Shown: positions 22,242-30,319, counted from the stretch's first letter. The stretch: 32,000 bases of DNA from Bacillota bacterium (GCA_021820965.1 JAKACZ010000003.1:9297-41296), one strand, 5' to 3'. Numbers and translations are program-made. Notes: generated by a model from the letters alone, not told the origin.

Positions 22242-22979
22242 ATGATGGCGGAGAAGGAAGAGTGGAAAGTGGGGCAATTGGCCAAATTGACAGGAATTAC
22301 GGTCCGGACGCTGCACCATTACGACCAGATCGGATTACTCGTTCCGTCACTGCATTCGGATGCTGGTCACAGACTTTATTCGGGGATGGACATCGCTCGG
22401 CTGCAACAAATCATATCCCTGAAGCAGTTAGGGTTTTCCCTGGATGAAATCGGAGATTTGCTTGACAATCCCGGTTTTCGTCCGGACAAGACCATTCGAT
22501 TGCAGTTGGATCGTTTGGCTCAACAGATCCGAATTCAGGAAGAGTTGCGGAGCCGACTGGAGCATCTTTATGAACTAGTTCAAGCTCGACGAGAACTGAC
22601 TGGAGCGGAATTGATCAAAATTATCGAGGTGATGAAGATGACGGAGAAGTATTTTACTCCGGAGCAGATGGAGAAACTCAAGAAACAAGGGGAACTTCTC
22701 GGAACAGAGAAAATCAAAGAGGTCGAGAACGAATGGCCAAGCCTGATTGTCAAAGTACGTGCGGAACTGGAGAAGGGAACCGCTCCTGAGAGTCAGGAGG
22801 TACAACTGCTGGCTAAGCGGTGGAAAGAACTCGTCAACCTCTTTACCGGAGGCGATTCCGGCATTACGCGATCTGCCGAGCGCTACTACGCGGAGAACCC
22901 GGGCCGAGCAGCTGAATTCGGCCTGGATAAGGAGCTTTGGCAGTACATCTCGAAAGCGATGGCTCAGTTGAGTGATTGA
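22242..22979 (+). CDS. MerR-family regulator with TipAS-like C-terminal effector domain (TipAL/Mta type)
   Basis: The N-terminus WKVGQLAKLTGITVRTLHHYDQIGLL.P......GHRLYS..DIARLQQIISLKQLGFSLDEI is the MerR HTH plus coiled coil. The C-terminus ...YFTPEQMEKLKKQ...WPSLIVKVRAELEKG..P.S.EVQLLAKRW.ELV..FTGGD..I...AERYY resembles the TipAS drug-binding domain. Confidence 0.85.
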   Translation: MMAEKEEWKVGQLAKLTGITVRTLHHYDQIGLLVPSLHSDAGHRLYSGMDIARLQQIISLKQLGFSLDEIGDLLDNPGFRPDKTIRLQLDRLAQQIRIQEELRSRLEHLYELVQARRELTGAELIKIIEVMKMTEKYFTPEQMEKLKKQGELLGTEKIKEVENEWPSLIVKVRAELEKGTAPESQEVQLLAKRWKELVNLFTGGDSGITRSAERYYAENPGRAAEFGLDKELWQYISKAMAQLSD

Positions 22980-23015
22980 CAACCATCTGTAAGATACTGG
23001 ACTATCGACAGCGGG

Positions 23016-23046
23016 CCTCTGGTTCTAGACTACTCAGAACCAGGGG
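23016..23046 (+). terminator. Hairpin terminator candidate after the merR-family gene
   Basis: CCTCTGGTTCT (23016-23026) pairs with AGAACCAGGGG (23036-23046) with one G-U pair and a 9-nt loop. It is followed by a T-containing tract, TTCCTCTTTGCGCTGTTT. Confidence 0.45.
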
Positions 23047-23145
23047 TTCCTCTTTGCGCTGTTTCCCAGCATCAATACTTCCCGCTGCCTGGGTGTATAC
23101 TAACGGTGGGGCTACGAGTGGCAATATACTGGAATGGAGTAATAT

Positions 23146-23250
23146 ATGGACCTGTCACTGATAACAGGTCCTTGGATACCGTTTGCAATATTCAGCATTA
23201 TCGCAGCTATTGGTATGTCGCATGGTACAACTAGTACACGATGGCGTTAA
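23146..23250 (+). CDS. Small hydrophobic ORF (34 aa), possible small membrane peptide
   Basis: GGAGT ribosome-binding site 5 nt upstream of ATG 23146. Product: MDLSLITGPWIPFAIFSIIAAIGMSHGTTSTRWR* (one TM helix plus a basic tail). It falls below the track cutoff and has no homology support. Confidence 0.3.
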   Translation: MDLSLITGPWIPFAIFSIIAAIGMSHGTTSTRWR

Positions 23251-23618
23251 TGCGTAACCACTGTTTCTCTATACGCCCAAGCACTGTTCCTGGTTAAACC
23301 AGATCGAGTGCTGGTTTAGCATCCTCGTTCGCCAGACCCTCAATAAACGGGCCAGTTTTGCCTCGAGCACCGCGCTCGAAAACTACTAGGATGAACAGTT
23401 GGCCAAGCGCTTCCGATGGACGTTTGAGACGGCAAATTACTGAAAGTGTGATCGCGTAGGTGGTGCGGGCATTGTGTACTAGTCACATCACTACAGCAGC
23501 CAATAATATCAAGCCTGCTGGCGACTACTGGGAATGGTGAAACTCGGATGGCGAATGGTTCTCCCTGGAGGAGCGAATCGACCAGAGCGATGAGGGGGGG
23601 AGTCACACGGATCCTGAA

Positions 23619-23912
23619 TTGAAAGCCTATTTGGATGGCATGCGTCAGGATTTAACCCAGCAAATCGTGGAGTCGCGCCAGCACGCCGAGCAGCTGAATC
23701 GCGAAACATGTCAGCATGCGGAGCAGCTGAATCGGGAGACGCGCATCCTCGTGGAAGATCTTCACCATCAGATCCAATTGGTAGCCGAAGGCGTGACGAC
23801 CGTTAACGAAAAACTAGACCGGTTCCATGCCGAGGTGGAGGCGAAAATCCTCGGGATCGACAGCCGTGTCATGCGACTCGAAGCCCAACGCACGTCAGGT
23901 TCCGACGTCTAA
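23619..23912 (+). CDS. Hypothetical coiled-coil protein with an internal 11-codon tandem duplication
   Basis: 97-aa ORF with a TTG start and heptad-like polar pattern. QHAEQLNRET occurs twice. The frame stays open upstream to about 23540 without a start codon, so this may be a fragment. Confidence 0.35.
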   Translation: MKAYLDGMRQDLTQQIVESRQHAEQLNRETCQHAEQLNRETRILVEDLHHQIQLVAEGVTTVNEKLDRFHAEVEAKILGIDSRVMRLEAQRTSGSDV

Positions 23913-24106
23913 TATGGTTCGTCCCGCAACGGCTGACGTCCCATCGGGACTGGATTGCCCATCTCGATGCAGCCGCCCAACCCCAATTCTCGTGATGACA
24001 GGCCCCACTGAGTGTACCGAAAAACGCAGGGGTCCGGTGCCGCCGCTAGCCAATGAGGCCCCGTGCGGGTTTGGACCTCCATCTCTTTGTCGTCTTTTGT
24101 TTTTAA

Positions 24107-24136
24107 TTGACTAAAGTTATTGTGAGTGATTATAAT
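24107..24136 (+). promoter_or_regulatory. Near-consensus sigma-A-type promoter TTGACT-N18-TATAAT with no ORF downstream
   Basis: Read directly: TTGACT at 24107-24112, TATAAT at 24131-24136, with a T-rich UP-like tract upstream (TCTTTTGTTTTTAA). Confidence 0.4.
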
Positions 24137-24244
24137 GTGTACTAAGAGAGCAACCGCTCCTGTGTTGTCCCGCCGCGCTAACGTGGCGTAAGGCGCTCTG
24201 GATTACCAGAGTACGCAAGGTCTCCACAGTGAAGTTGCCCATTT

Positions 24245-24910
24245 TTATTGCCTGACAGGTACGTGACCTATGTGATATAAAATCGGTGCCAGATAGCGGA
24301 ACCGCCCTTCATTGGGTTCGTCAGAGAGATGCCGGCGTAGCGTTCCCGCTGCCAAATCCGCGAGTTGCAAGGGTTTTTCAGCGCGGGAGTCTGCGAAGTC
24401 CACGGTCCCAGTAGCCCGTTCCATTACGATCGTCCGCAAATCTGCCAATAGCGTCTCACACCCCTCAAATCGGTCACAGACAATGTTTACCGGCTCTTAA
24501 GGAGCCAAGGGAAGTGCCCACACCAGACCACGAAAGGTTTCACGGTAGATCGTTAGCATGCGGCTGTATAAAAGCGCTGTCCCAGTTTGCTCGGAAGGTG
24601 ATTTAAGGTAATAGGTGGCCACAACGCGCAAATCCTTTCGAGGGATCGCGCGACGTTTTTTACGTTTCCACAGGGTCATTTCTTCCAAGGTAAGGTTAAG
24701 CAAACGCGGGTGGTGGTGGCGGAGATCGCGTTCATGAAACTCAGCCACCGCAACATCAAGACGTCTTGCGATCGTACGTAATCGCCCCATCGTGGTAGTT
24801 AAGGGTACCATGTCCGCTGATATGACTGTTCCCAGCACAAAATGCTGAGGGTCCTGCGACTCATCGATAAAGACAACCACGCCTGCCCGTCCCCCATTCC
24901 AATGTCTCAT
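24245..24910 (-). pseudogene. DUF3800-family gene split by a single in-frame TAA
   Basis: ORFs 24497-24910 and 24245-24448 are in the same frame. The reading is ...WALPLAP*EPVNIVCDRFEGCETLLADLRTIV..., with TAA at 24497-24499. DUF3800 hallmarks are VVVFIDESQD, AEFHERDL and the C-terminal DSRAEKPLQLADLAAG. Confidence 0.6.
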
Positions 24911-25068
24911 TTTGGACCGGAAAACGCGGCGCTGTCACGCTTTTTTGTTCAACCGTCAACAGTACACCGTACGCTGACCTCGTAAGTGTCGTCATCACAG
25001 CAGGATTTTTCTCACGCCATCGCGAACCCTTGGGGGGGGGGTCACGGACGGGGACGAATTTTCCCAGA

Positions 25069-26511
25069 ATATATACTCGGTGAAAAAGAAGTTGAAAAAG
25101 GGTACAACTGTTTGCGATTTAATGCGTGATGAGACCTTTGGTGGAGCATTCGCGACGGGAATGCCGACTGCCACCGTAGGGAATCATGCCGGAGGCATGG
25201 CGGCCCGAGAGGAGACGCTTGGCGGCGGGCACGCCCAGCCGCCCCGCCTACACCGGGGCGTTGAAGAGGACCGCTTCGTGGTGCCGCGCGTTCGCGCGGC
25301 CTAATTCCAACAGAGACGCTTGAGGGTTTGTTCCGGGTCTGCGTTCACCCGCTTCATGAACCCGGTGACTGCATCCACGATGGCGGAGACCGTCTTGAAG
25401 AAGACGTTGTAGATGACCGAGCGCTTTAACCATCCCCATAGCCCCTCAATCCGGTTCAGCTGCGGGCTGTAGGGCGGGAGGAAGAGCAGGGTGAGCGTCT
25501 CGCGATGCGCGTCGAGAAATGGTTGAATGAGCTTGGCATGGTGGATCCGCGCGTTATCCAAAATCATCACGATGCGCTCGCCTTGGTAGTGGTCGACGAC
25601 CTGCTTCAGAAATGTGAGAAACACGGCAGCGTCATAGTGATCGGCGTGATGCCACAGCACTTCCCCGGTGCCATAATCCAGCGTTCCTAATAATTTGGCG
25701 CCCCAATGTTTTCCATAGGTGGGGATTTGTTTTTGTTGACCCTTGGGAAACCACGTGCGGCCGATGGCCTGATAATCCCGAATCATGGACTCGTCTTCGA
25801 ACAGCAGCCGGTCAATTTCACCGCGCCGCAAGCGGCGCTTTTCCCGCCGGAACCAGCGGTTAAATTGGCGTTGCTTCACGGGGTCCGCCTTCGCCAGCGT
25901 ATAGGTCGGGCGCGTGCAACTGAAGTTCCAGCGATACAGCAGATTCCGGGCTCCGCGTTCGGAAAACTCGACCTGAAACGTCTTCGTGATATACCGCGCC
26001 ACCAGTGGCGCGGTCCAATTCATCTCGGCCGGAAAGCCGATCTCTTGGGGGACGTGATGCGTGATCACATCGATGGTCTGGCGCTCCTGGCCCGGGGTAA
26101 GGTGGCGCGGACGGCCGGGTGAATGGCGTAGGTTTAGGGCACCCAAGCCGCCCCGGCGATAGGCCTTCATGTAATTGGCAACGATCGTCACCGACCGTCC
26201 AATGATCTGGCTTACCTGCCGATACGGATAGCCTTGCAGGACCAGCAAGACCGTTTGGTACCGTTCGAACAACCGGCGGTTCCGGATGCTTTTCATCGTG
26301 GCTTGAATGAATAGCAGGTCTTGCGAATGGGAGTTATCGAGGGGAGATGATGCTCGAGGCTGGGGCGGATTCACGGGCGCGAGAACGGGTCTGCGCATGA
26401 TACACTCCTCCTACGTCAACAAAGGATGAGTGTACGATAGCGAATCCGACCGGCCACGTCCAGACAAAATCTTCCAAATCCGATTCAAAATCTTTTTCAC
26501 CGGGTATATAT
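25069..26511 (-). mobile_element. Complete IS630-family insertion sequence (~1.44 kb) with 28-bp imperfect terminal inverted repeats
   Basis: The left end ATATATACTCGGTGAAAAAGAAGTTGAA (25069-25096) compares with the reverse complement of the right end, ATATATACCCGGTGAAAAAGATTTTGAA (26511-26484), at 25/28 identities. Both ends lie in (TA)n tracts, consistent with IS630 TA target duplication. The exact tips are ambiguous within the TA runs. Confidence 0.8.
25301..26398 (-). CDS. IS630-family DDE transposase (intact, 365 aa)
   Basis: The N-terminus has HTH regions. The C-terminus is ...RIVMILDNARIHHAKLIQPFLDAHRETLTLLFLPPYSPQLNRIEGLWGWLKRSV (DDE/D motif). GGAGGAG ribosome-binding site. Confidence 0.9.
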   Translation of the reverse strand: MRRPVLAPVNPPQPRASSPLDNSHSQDLLFIQATMKSIRNRRLFERYQTVLLVLQGYPYRQVSQIIGRSVTIVANYMKAYRRGGLGALNLRHSPGRPRHLTPGQERQTIDVITHHVPQEIGFPAEMNWTAPLVARYITKTFQVEFSERGARNLLYRWNFSCTRPTYTLAKADPVKQRQFNRWFRREKRRLRRGEIDRLLFEDESMIRDYQAIGRTWFPKGQQKQIPTYGKHWGAKLLGTLDYGTGEVLWHHADHYDAAVFLTFLKQVVDHYQGERIVMILDNARIHHAKLIQPFLDAHRETLTLLFLPPYSPQLNRIEGLWGWLKRSVIYNVFFKTVSAIVDAVTGFMKRVNADPEQTLKRLCWN

Positions 26512-26822
26512 CTCCTATCGGTGTCGCCGGATATTACGGCGAGCCGATGGCTGGACTAACGAGACGAAGCCCATGAAAGGAGGACGTCGCCACGTCCTCC
26601 TGACCGCAGGGGCTTTTGTGGCGACAAATCTGGTGAACGACGGCTGCTCTAGATAGCCGTATGGTATCAGGTGATGAACAGGATCCGGCCTGATGGGCGG
26701 TGGAGATAGGCGATCCGGCCTATTGTTCTCATGGATGGCCAAGTTTGGCACCCGCAATCACTTTGAGTCACGGGTAATCAACCGTGACCGGGGCACTATA
26801 TCTGTCGGGGGGGTGGGAGATT

Positions 26823-27095
26823 ATGTTTCGACATGAATCAACCTTGTTGTTTCCGGTTGAGGTTTCGGGAACCGATCCGTACGCCGCTGCCATGTTGCAG
26901 GAGCAGTTTTGCGGGGCCAGCGGTGAGCTCGCGGCCATGCTTCAATATCCGGTGCAGAGTTTTGCAGCACCAGACTCTTCCACACGTGCATTGCTGATGA
27001 ACATTGCGACCGAAGAGGCCAGTCACCTCGAGATCGTAGGAACAGCGATTGTCACGCTGATGGCATTGCGGGCAGAACGCCCGGGCAGACACTAA
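26823..27095 (+). pseudogene. Manganese catalase (CotJC/YjqC family), N-terminal ~90 aa only
   Basis: MFRHESTLLFPVEVSGTDPYAAAMLQEQFCGASGELAAMLQYPVQSF...ALLMNIATEEASHLEIVGTAI matches the Mn-catalase N-terminal four-helix segment. Family members are about 270-300 aa, and this ORF stops at 27095. Confidence 0.7.
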
Positions 27096-27131
27096 TATTC
27101 CGCCGTCCGCGTTTAGGCCAGTGCCAAGGAG

Positions 27132-27302
27132 CTAGGCAGAAGACCTGGCGAGTGCGCAATCTGTCGCATTCCGGCCCGTGACGATCTCCAAAACATCTTG
27201 GGTCAGTTCTTCCTCAAATGGGCTTTCTGAGGCATTGATAACGACGACCTCGGACCGAAAATCCTCGCCGCCAGCGGGAGGTCTCTCCCGTGAAGAGCAG
27301 GG
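27132..27302 (-). pseudogene. IS607-type serine recombinase (TnpA) C-terminal scrap
   Basis: Own translation of the minus strand: ...EDFRSEVVVINASESPFEEELTQDVLEIVT... resembles the (E/V)VVVIN....(S/P)..EL(V/T)QD(L/V)L.I(V/I)T tail of IS607 resolvase-type transposases. It is short and the frame decays afterwards. Confidence 0.4.
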
Positions 27303-27317
27303 GCGTTCCAGCTATAG

Positions 27318-28610
27318 CTATACGCGCGAGTGCGGCCGGAAATCGAGCGAAACTGTCTTTCCGCCGTAACGAACGGAGTGGCGGGCCGGATCAGCTTCAG
27401 CCACCACGCGCCCCCGCCGAATGACAGTGCGGGCGACCGGTAGAAGCCGTAGGGCTTCTACGGGCGATGTGGCATCCCAGATGACCAGGTCGGCCTGGCG
27501 GCCAACCGCCAGATCGCTGGGCTGGCCGGGATGGAAAACGCCTTGACCGTTAATGGTGGCCATACGAAAGATTTGTTCCATTTGGGTCTGACCAGTCATG
27601 TGCGCGAGATGGAGCGCCATCCAGGCAGCCTGCAGCAAGTTTCCTGTGCCAAGGGGATACCATGGGTCCATAATGCAGTCGAAGCCTAATGCAACCGGCA
27701 CTCCCGCCTCGTTCAAATCCTTGATAGGTGCCATGCCCCGTCGTTTAGGGAAGTCATCGAAGCGTCCCTGCAGCACCACATTCGTCAAGGGATTGGCGAT
27801 AATTGCCATCCCGGACTTCTGAAGGATACGCCGCAGTTTGAACCCATAGGCGGAATTGTAGCTATGCATGGCGGTGGTATGGCTCGCTGCCACTCGACCC
27901 GCCATATGATGGACCTGAGTAAGGCGGGCCATCGTCTCAACGAAGCGCGATTCGGGATCATCTGTTTCGTCGCAATGGACATCGACGAGCCGCCCTTCGC
28001 GCTGTGCGAGTTCAAAAACAAATTCCAGCTCGCGGATCCCATCCTCCCGCGTCCATTCATAGTGGGGAATGCCTCCCACTATATCGGCGCCTTCGTGGAG
28101 CGCGGTTTCCATGAGTTCCTTACCGTGGGGATAACAGAGGACGCCTTCCTGGGGGAATGCTACCAGTTGTAAGTCAACCAAATCGGCAATTTCATGCTTC
28201 AGTTCACGCAGTGCTTTCAAAGCTACCAGACGTTCATCGCAGACATCCACGTGACTCCGGATCTGGAGAGTTCCGTGCGCTACCTCCCAGAGAATGGCTT
28301 GACGAGCCCTCGCCTTGACGTCCTCAATCGTAATGTCGGGCTTGATTTCGCCCCATCGCTGGATACCTTCCAGCAGGGTGCCTGATTGGTTGGTCGTGCG
28401 CTGGGGGACGGTCAACGTCGCATCCAAGTGAATATGAGCATCGACCATTGGAACCGTAACAAGCTGCCCTTCAGCGTTTAGTTCCTGCTGACCTGTTTCC
28501 GGGAGGCGAGGGGCGAGGGCGGAGATGCGACCGGCGTTAATGCCGATGTCCGTCCTTTCATTGCCAGTGGCTAGGCAGGCATCACGAATAATGAGGTCCA
28601 AGCGGTCCAT
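27318..28610 (-). CDS. Cytosine-deaminase-family metal-dependent amidohydrolase
   Basis: PMVDAHIHLDAT (the HxH metal motif), SHVDV, GGIPHYEWTREDG, VDVHCDETDDPESRF, HTTAMHS, GFDCIMDPWYPLG. This is a CodA-like pattern. The start is ATG 28610 or TTG 28622. Confidence 0.8.
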   Translation of the reverse strand: MDRLDLIIRDACLATGNERTDIGINAGRISALAPRLPETGQQELNAEGQLVTVPMVDAHIHLDATLTVPQRTTNQSGTLLEGIQRWGEIKPDITIEDVKARARQAILWEVAHGTLQIRSHVDVCDERLVALKALRELKHEIADLVDLQLVAFPQEGVLCYPHGKELMETALHEGADIVGGIPHYEWTREDGIRELEFVFELAQREGRLVDVHCDETDDPESRFVETMARLTQVHHMAGRVAASHTTAMHSYNSAYGFKLRRILQKSGMAIIANPLTNVVLQGRFDDFPKRRGMAPIKDLNEAGVPVALGFDCIMDPWYPLGTGNLLQAAWMALHLAHMTGQTQMEQIFRMATINGQGVFHPGQPSDLAVGRQADLVIWDATSPVEALRLLPVARTVIRRGRVVAEADPARHSVRYGGKTVSLDFRPHSRV

Positions 28611-29188
28611 GCAAGTTTCCAACCTTCCTCGGGTTTGCTATTCACTGTTGAGCATAGCATGAATAGCATGAATTGTAACTATTTAGGTGTAGCAATCGCT
28701 ACGCCCCACATTTAAAGAAACTTTCGTCGACCGCTGGTAACTATCTGTACATCGGAGCCGATGTGTGAGACATATCACGAGATGTCGCGTGAGGAAGGGA
28801 TTAGACATGCGTAGCACCTGCACTGATAGGGCATGCGTAAGGTGGGAGCAGACAGCGCGAGTTCGCAGAACCGCCCTGATTGACGTGTGTTCGTGATGCG
28901 TCTTTCCTCCCTCCCAGTGTTTAGCGCGTCTTGTCGGAGACTGAAATACCCTGTGGGGTTACCTTGGGACACTGCTTTGACTCTCCGCGTCAGGTCCGAG
29001 GCCATCCGTCAGTGTTGTGGCAGGCTGACACGGAAGAGGAAGCTAGTGCCGGGCGTTTAACGTCCATCGCTCCGAATCGGGCCCTGTCATGTATCTGCTA
29101 TGGTCTGCCTGAGTCCGGGTCCACTGTGCGCCGCCTTGGCTTCGTGCCGAATAGCCTTGCGCAAATCGCATATACTACCGTGGATAGA

Positions 29189-30058
29189 ATGGGTAGGAAG
29201 GCAGGCGACAGCGTGGCCGGATGGGTTGTGACGAGCGATGATGCCGTAATGTCTCAGGGGCTGGGGGAATTTCTCGCCCGTAGCGTGGCGGGGCAATGGA
29301 CGGAATCCCGTCAAGGAACGCATCTCCAATGCGAGCTGACAGGTGACGCCGACGAATTGGACGAGTTGGCCTGGCCAATGGCACGAGCTTTGGCGCAGTA
29401 TCTGCTCATATATCATGAGCGCGATTGGCTCGACGATTTGCTGCATCGGCGGTACCATATTTTTGACGCCGACGAACAGCGTACCATCCTCGATCACGCG
29501 CTGCGTATCCTGCACCAGGACCAGGACCAGGACCTCAGCCGTATGGACCTGGCCGCGGCCGTGATCTTTAACTATCTGGTTCATCAGCCGACGCTTGTGG
29601 TGGAAGGCGTCCGCACCTTCCTGATGAGTGATATCAAGGCGGAATTCGACGAAGCCATCGATCAGGCTGTGGATACCCATTTGATGGAACAAGAGTATCA
29701 AGAATTTGTTCACTTGCTGCGCCAACTGGTTAATGTTGCGGGTACGCGGCAGGAGTGGATTCACGTCCACTTTGATCAACGCCGCTTCTATTTTGAAGAT
29801 CCCTCTGGCCTCAGGCTGGCCGACGAGTTGATCGATGACATACTGGATGGCGCCGATGTCGAACTGGGTGGTTTGGATGACGTGCTTATCAGCGCATTGG
29901 TTACCTTGGCGCCCGAGCGCATTACTATTCACCAAGGGAATCTGGCCAAGGAAGGGCAGGAAACGCTCCTGCAGGTTTTTGACGGGCGCGTGCTATTTTG
30001 CCGGGGCTGTTCCCGATGTTACGCGGCACACGTTGACAGGGATTGGCGAAGCTTCTAG
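29189..30058 (+). CDS. ytxC: YtxC-like sporulation-associated protein
   Basis: It sits immediately upstream of thrS, as ytxC does in Bacillus. The acidic helical protein contains ...THLMEQEYQEFVHLLRQLV... and a C-terminal ...LISALVTLAPERITIH. The start is uncertain. The track start is 28931; ATG 29189 gives 289 aa, typical for the family. Confidence 0.6.
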   Translation: MGRKAGDSVAGWVVTSDDAVMSQGLGEFLARSVAGQWTESRQGTHLQCELTGDADELDELAWPMARALAQYLLIYHERDWLDDLLHRRYHIFDADEQRTILDHALRILHQDQDQDLSRMDLAAAVIFNYLVHQPTLVVEGVRTFLMSDIKAEFDEAIDQAVDTHLMEQEYQEFVHLLRQLVNVAGTRQEWIHVHFDQRRFYFEDPSGLRLADELIDDILDGADVELGGLDDVLISALVTLAPERITIHQGNLAKEGQETLLQVFDGRVLFCRGCSRCYAAHVDRDWRSF

Positions 30059-30061
30059 AAT
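30033..30061 (+). promoter_or_regulatory. thrS promoter TTGACA-N17-TAGAAT
   Basis: Read directly: TTGACA at 30033-30038, 17-nt spacer, TAGAAT at 30056-30061. It overlaps the ytxC stop codon. Confidence 0.65.
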
Positions 30062-30067
30062 AAACCT

Positions 30068-30302
30068 AACATCATAGTGACATACGATGAAGAGGACAAT
30101 ATCAGATGATCCTCAAGAGAGAATCAGTCATCGGCTGAAAGCTGATTCAGGCTCTTGTCTGTTAGACCACCTCGGAGTGTCCGGCGAACCTTGAGGCTAA
30201 GTCGGCGGTGCGCCCGATATTGCGTGATGAGTGGAACCCCTGGTTCAAGGGGGGTGGAACCGCGGCGTGAAGCCGTCCCCCCGAGAGCTAGGGGGTTTTT
30301 AT
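30068..30302 (+). ncRNA. T-box riboswitch leader, threonine (ACC) specifier
   Basis: Stem I base CCTCAAG (30111-30117) pairs with CTTGAGG (30190-30196). An AGAGA K-turn-like motif is present. The distal stem is GAATCAG/CTGATTC. The specifier ACC at 30166-30168 is followed by A. The T-box sequence is GGGGTGGAACCGCGG (30250-30264). The terminator is CCCCC-GAGAGCTA-GGGGG followed by TTTTT (30278-30300). Confidence 0.8.
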
Positions 30303-30319
30303 GTCAGGAGGAAGGGAAC

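Noticed and set aside
24190-24225. Hairpin GCGCTCTGGATTACCAGAGTACGC considered as a tRNA anticodon arm or tRNA fragment.
   Set aside because: No cloverleaf can be drawn. There is no T-loop (GTTCRANY) or acceptor pairing, and the loop lacks U33.
25080-25304. 74-aa plus-strand ORF inside the IS630 element.
   Set aside because: It lies between the left inverted repeat and the transposase stop, is Gly/Ala/Arg-rich and has no ribosome-binding site. It is most likely non-coding IS end sequence.
26573-26656. 27-codon ORF MKGGRRHVLLTAGAFVATNLVNDGCSR with a twin-arginine-like start, overlapped by the perfect 10-bp hairpin AGGAGGACGT-CGCC-ACGTCCTCCT (26578-26601).
   Set aside because: It is too short and stops abruptly. 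It could be the stump of a Tat-exported gene disrupted at the IS630 insertion site, but nothing downstream continues it. The hairpin has no U-tract.
29087-29935. 282-aa minus-strand ORF antisense to ytxC.
   Set aside because: The plus-strand frame has YtxC-like sequence and the conserved ytxC-thrS synteny. The minus-strand translation is a typical mirror-frame shadow.
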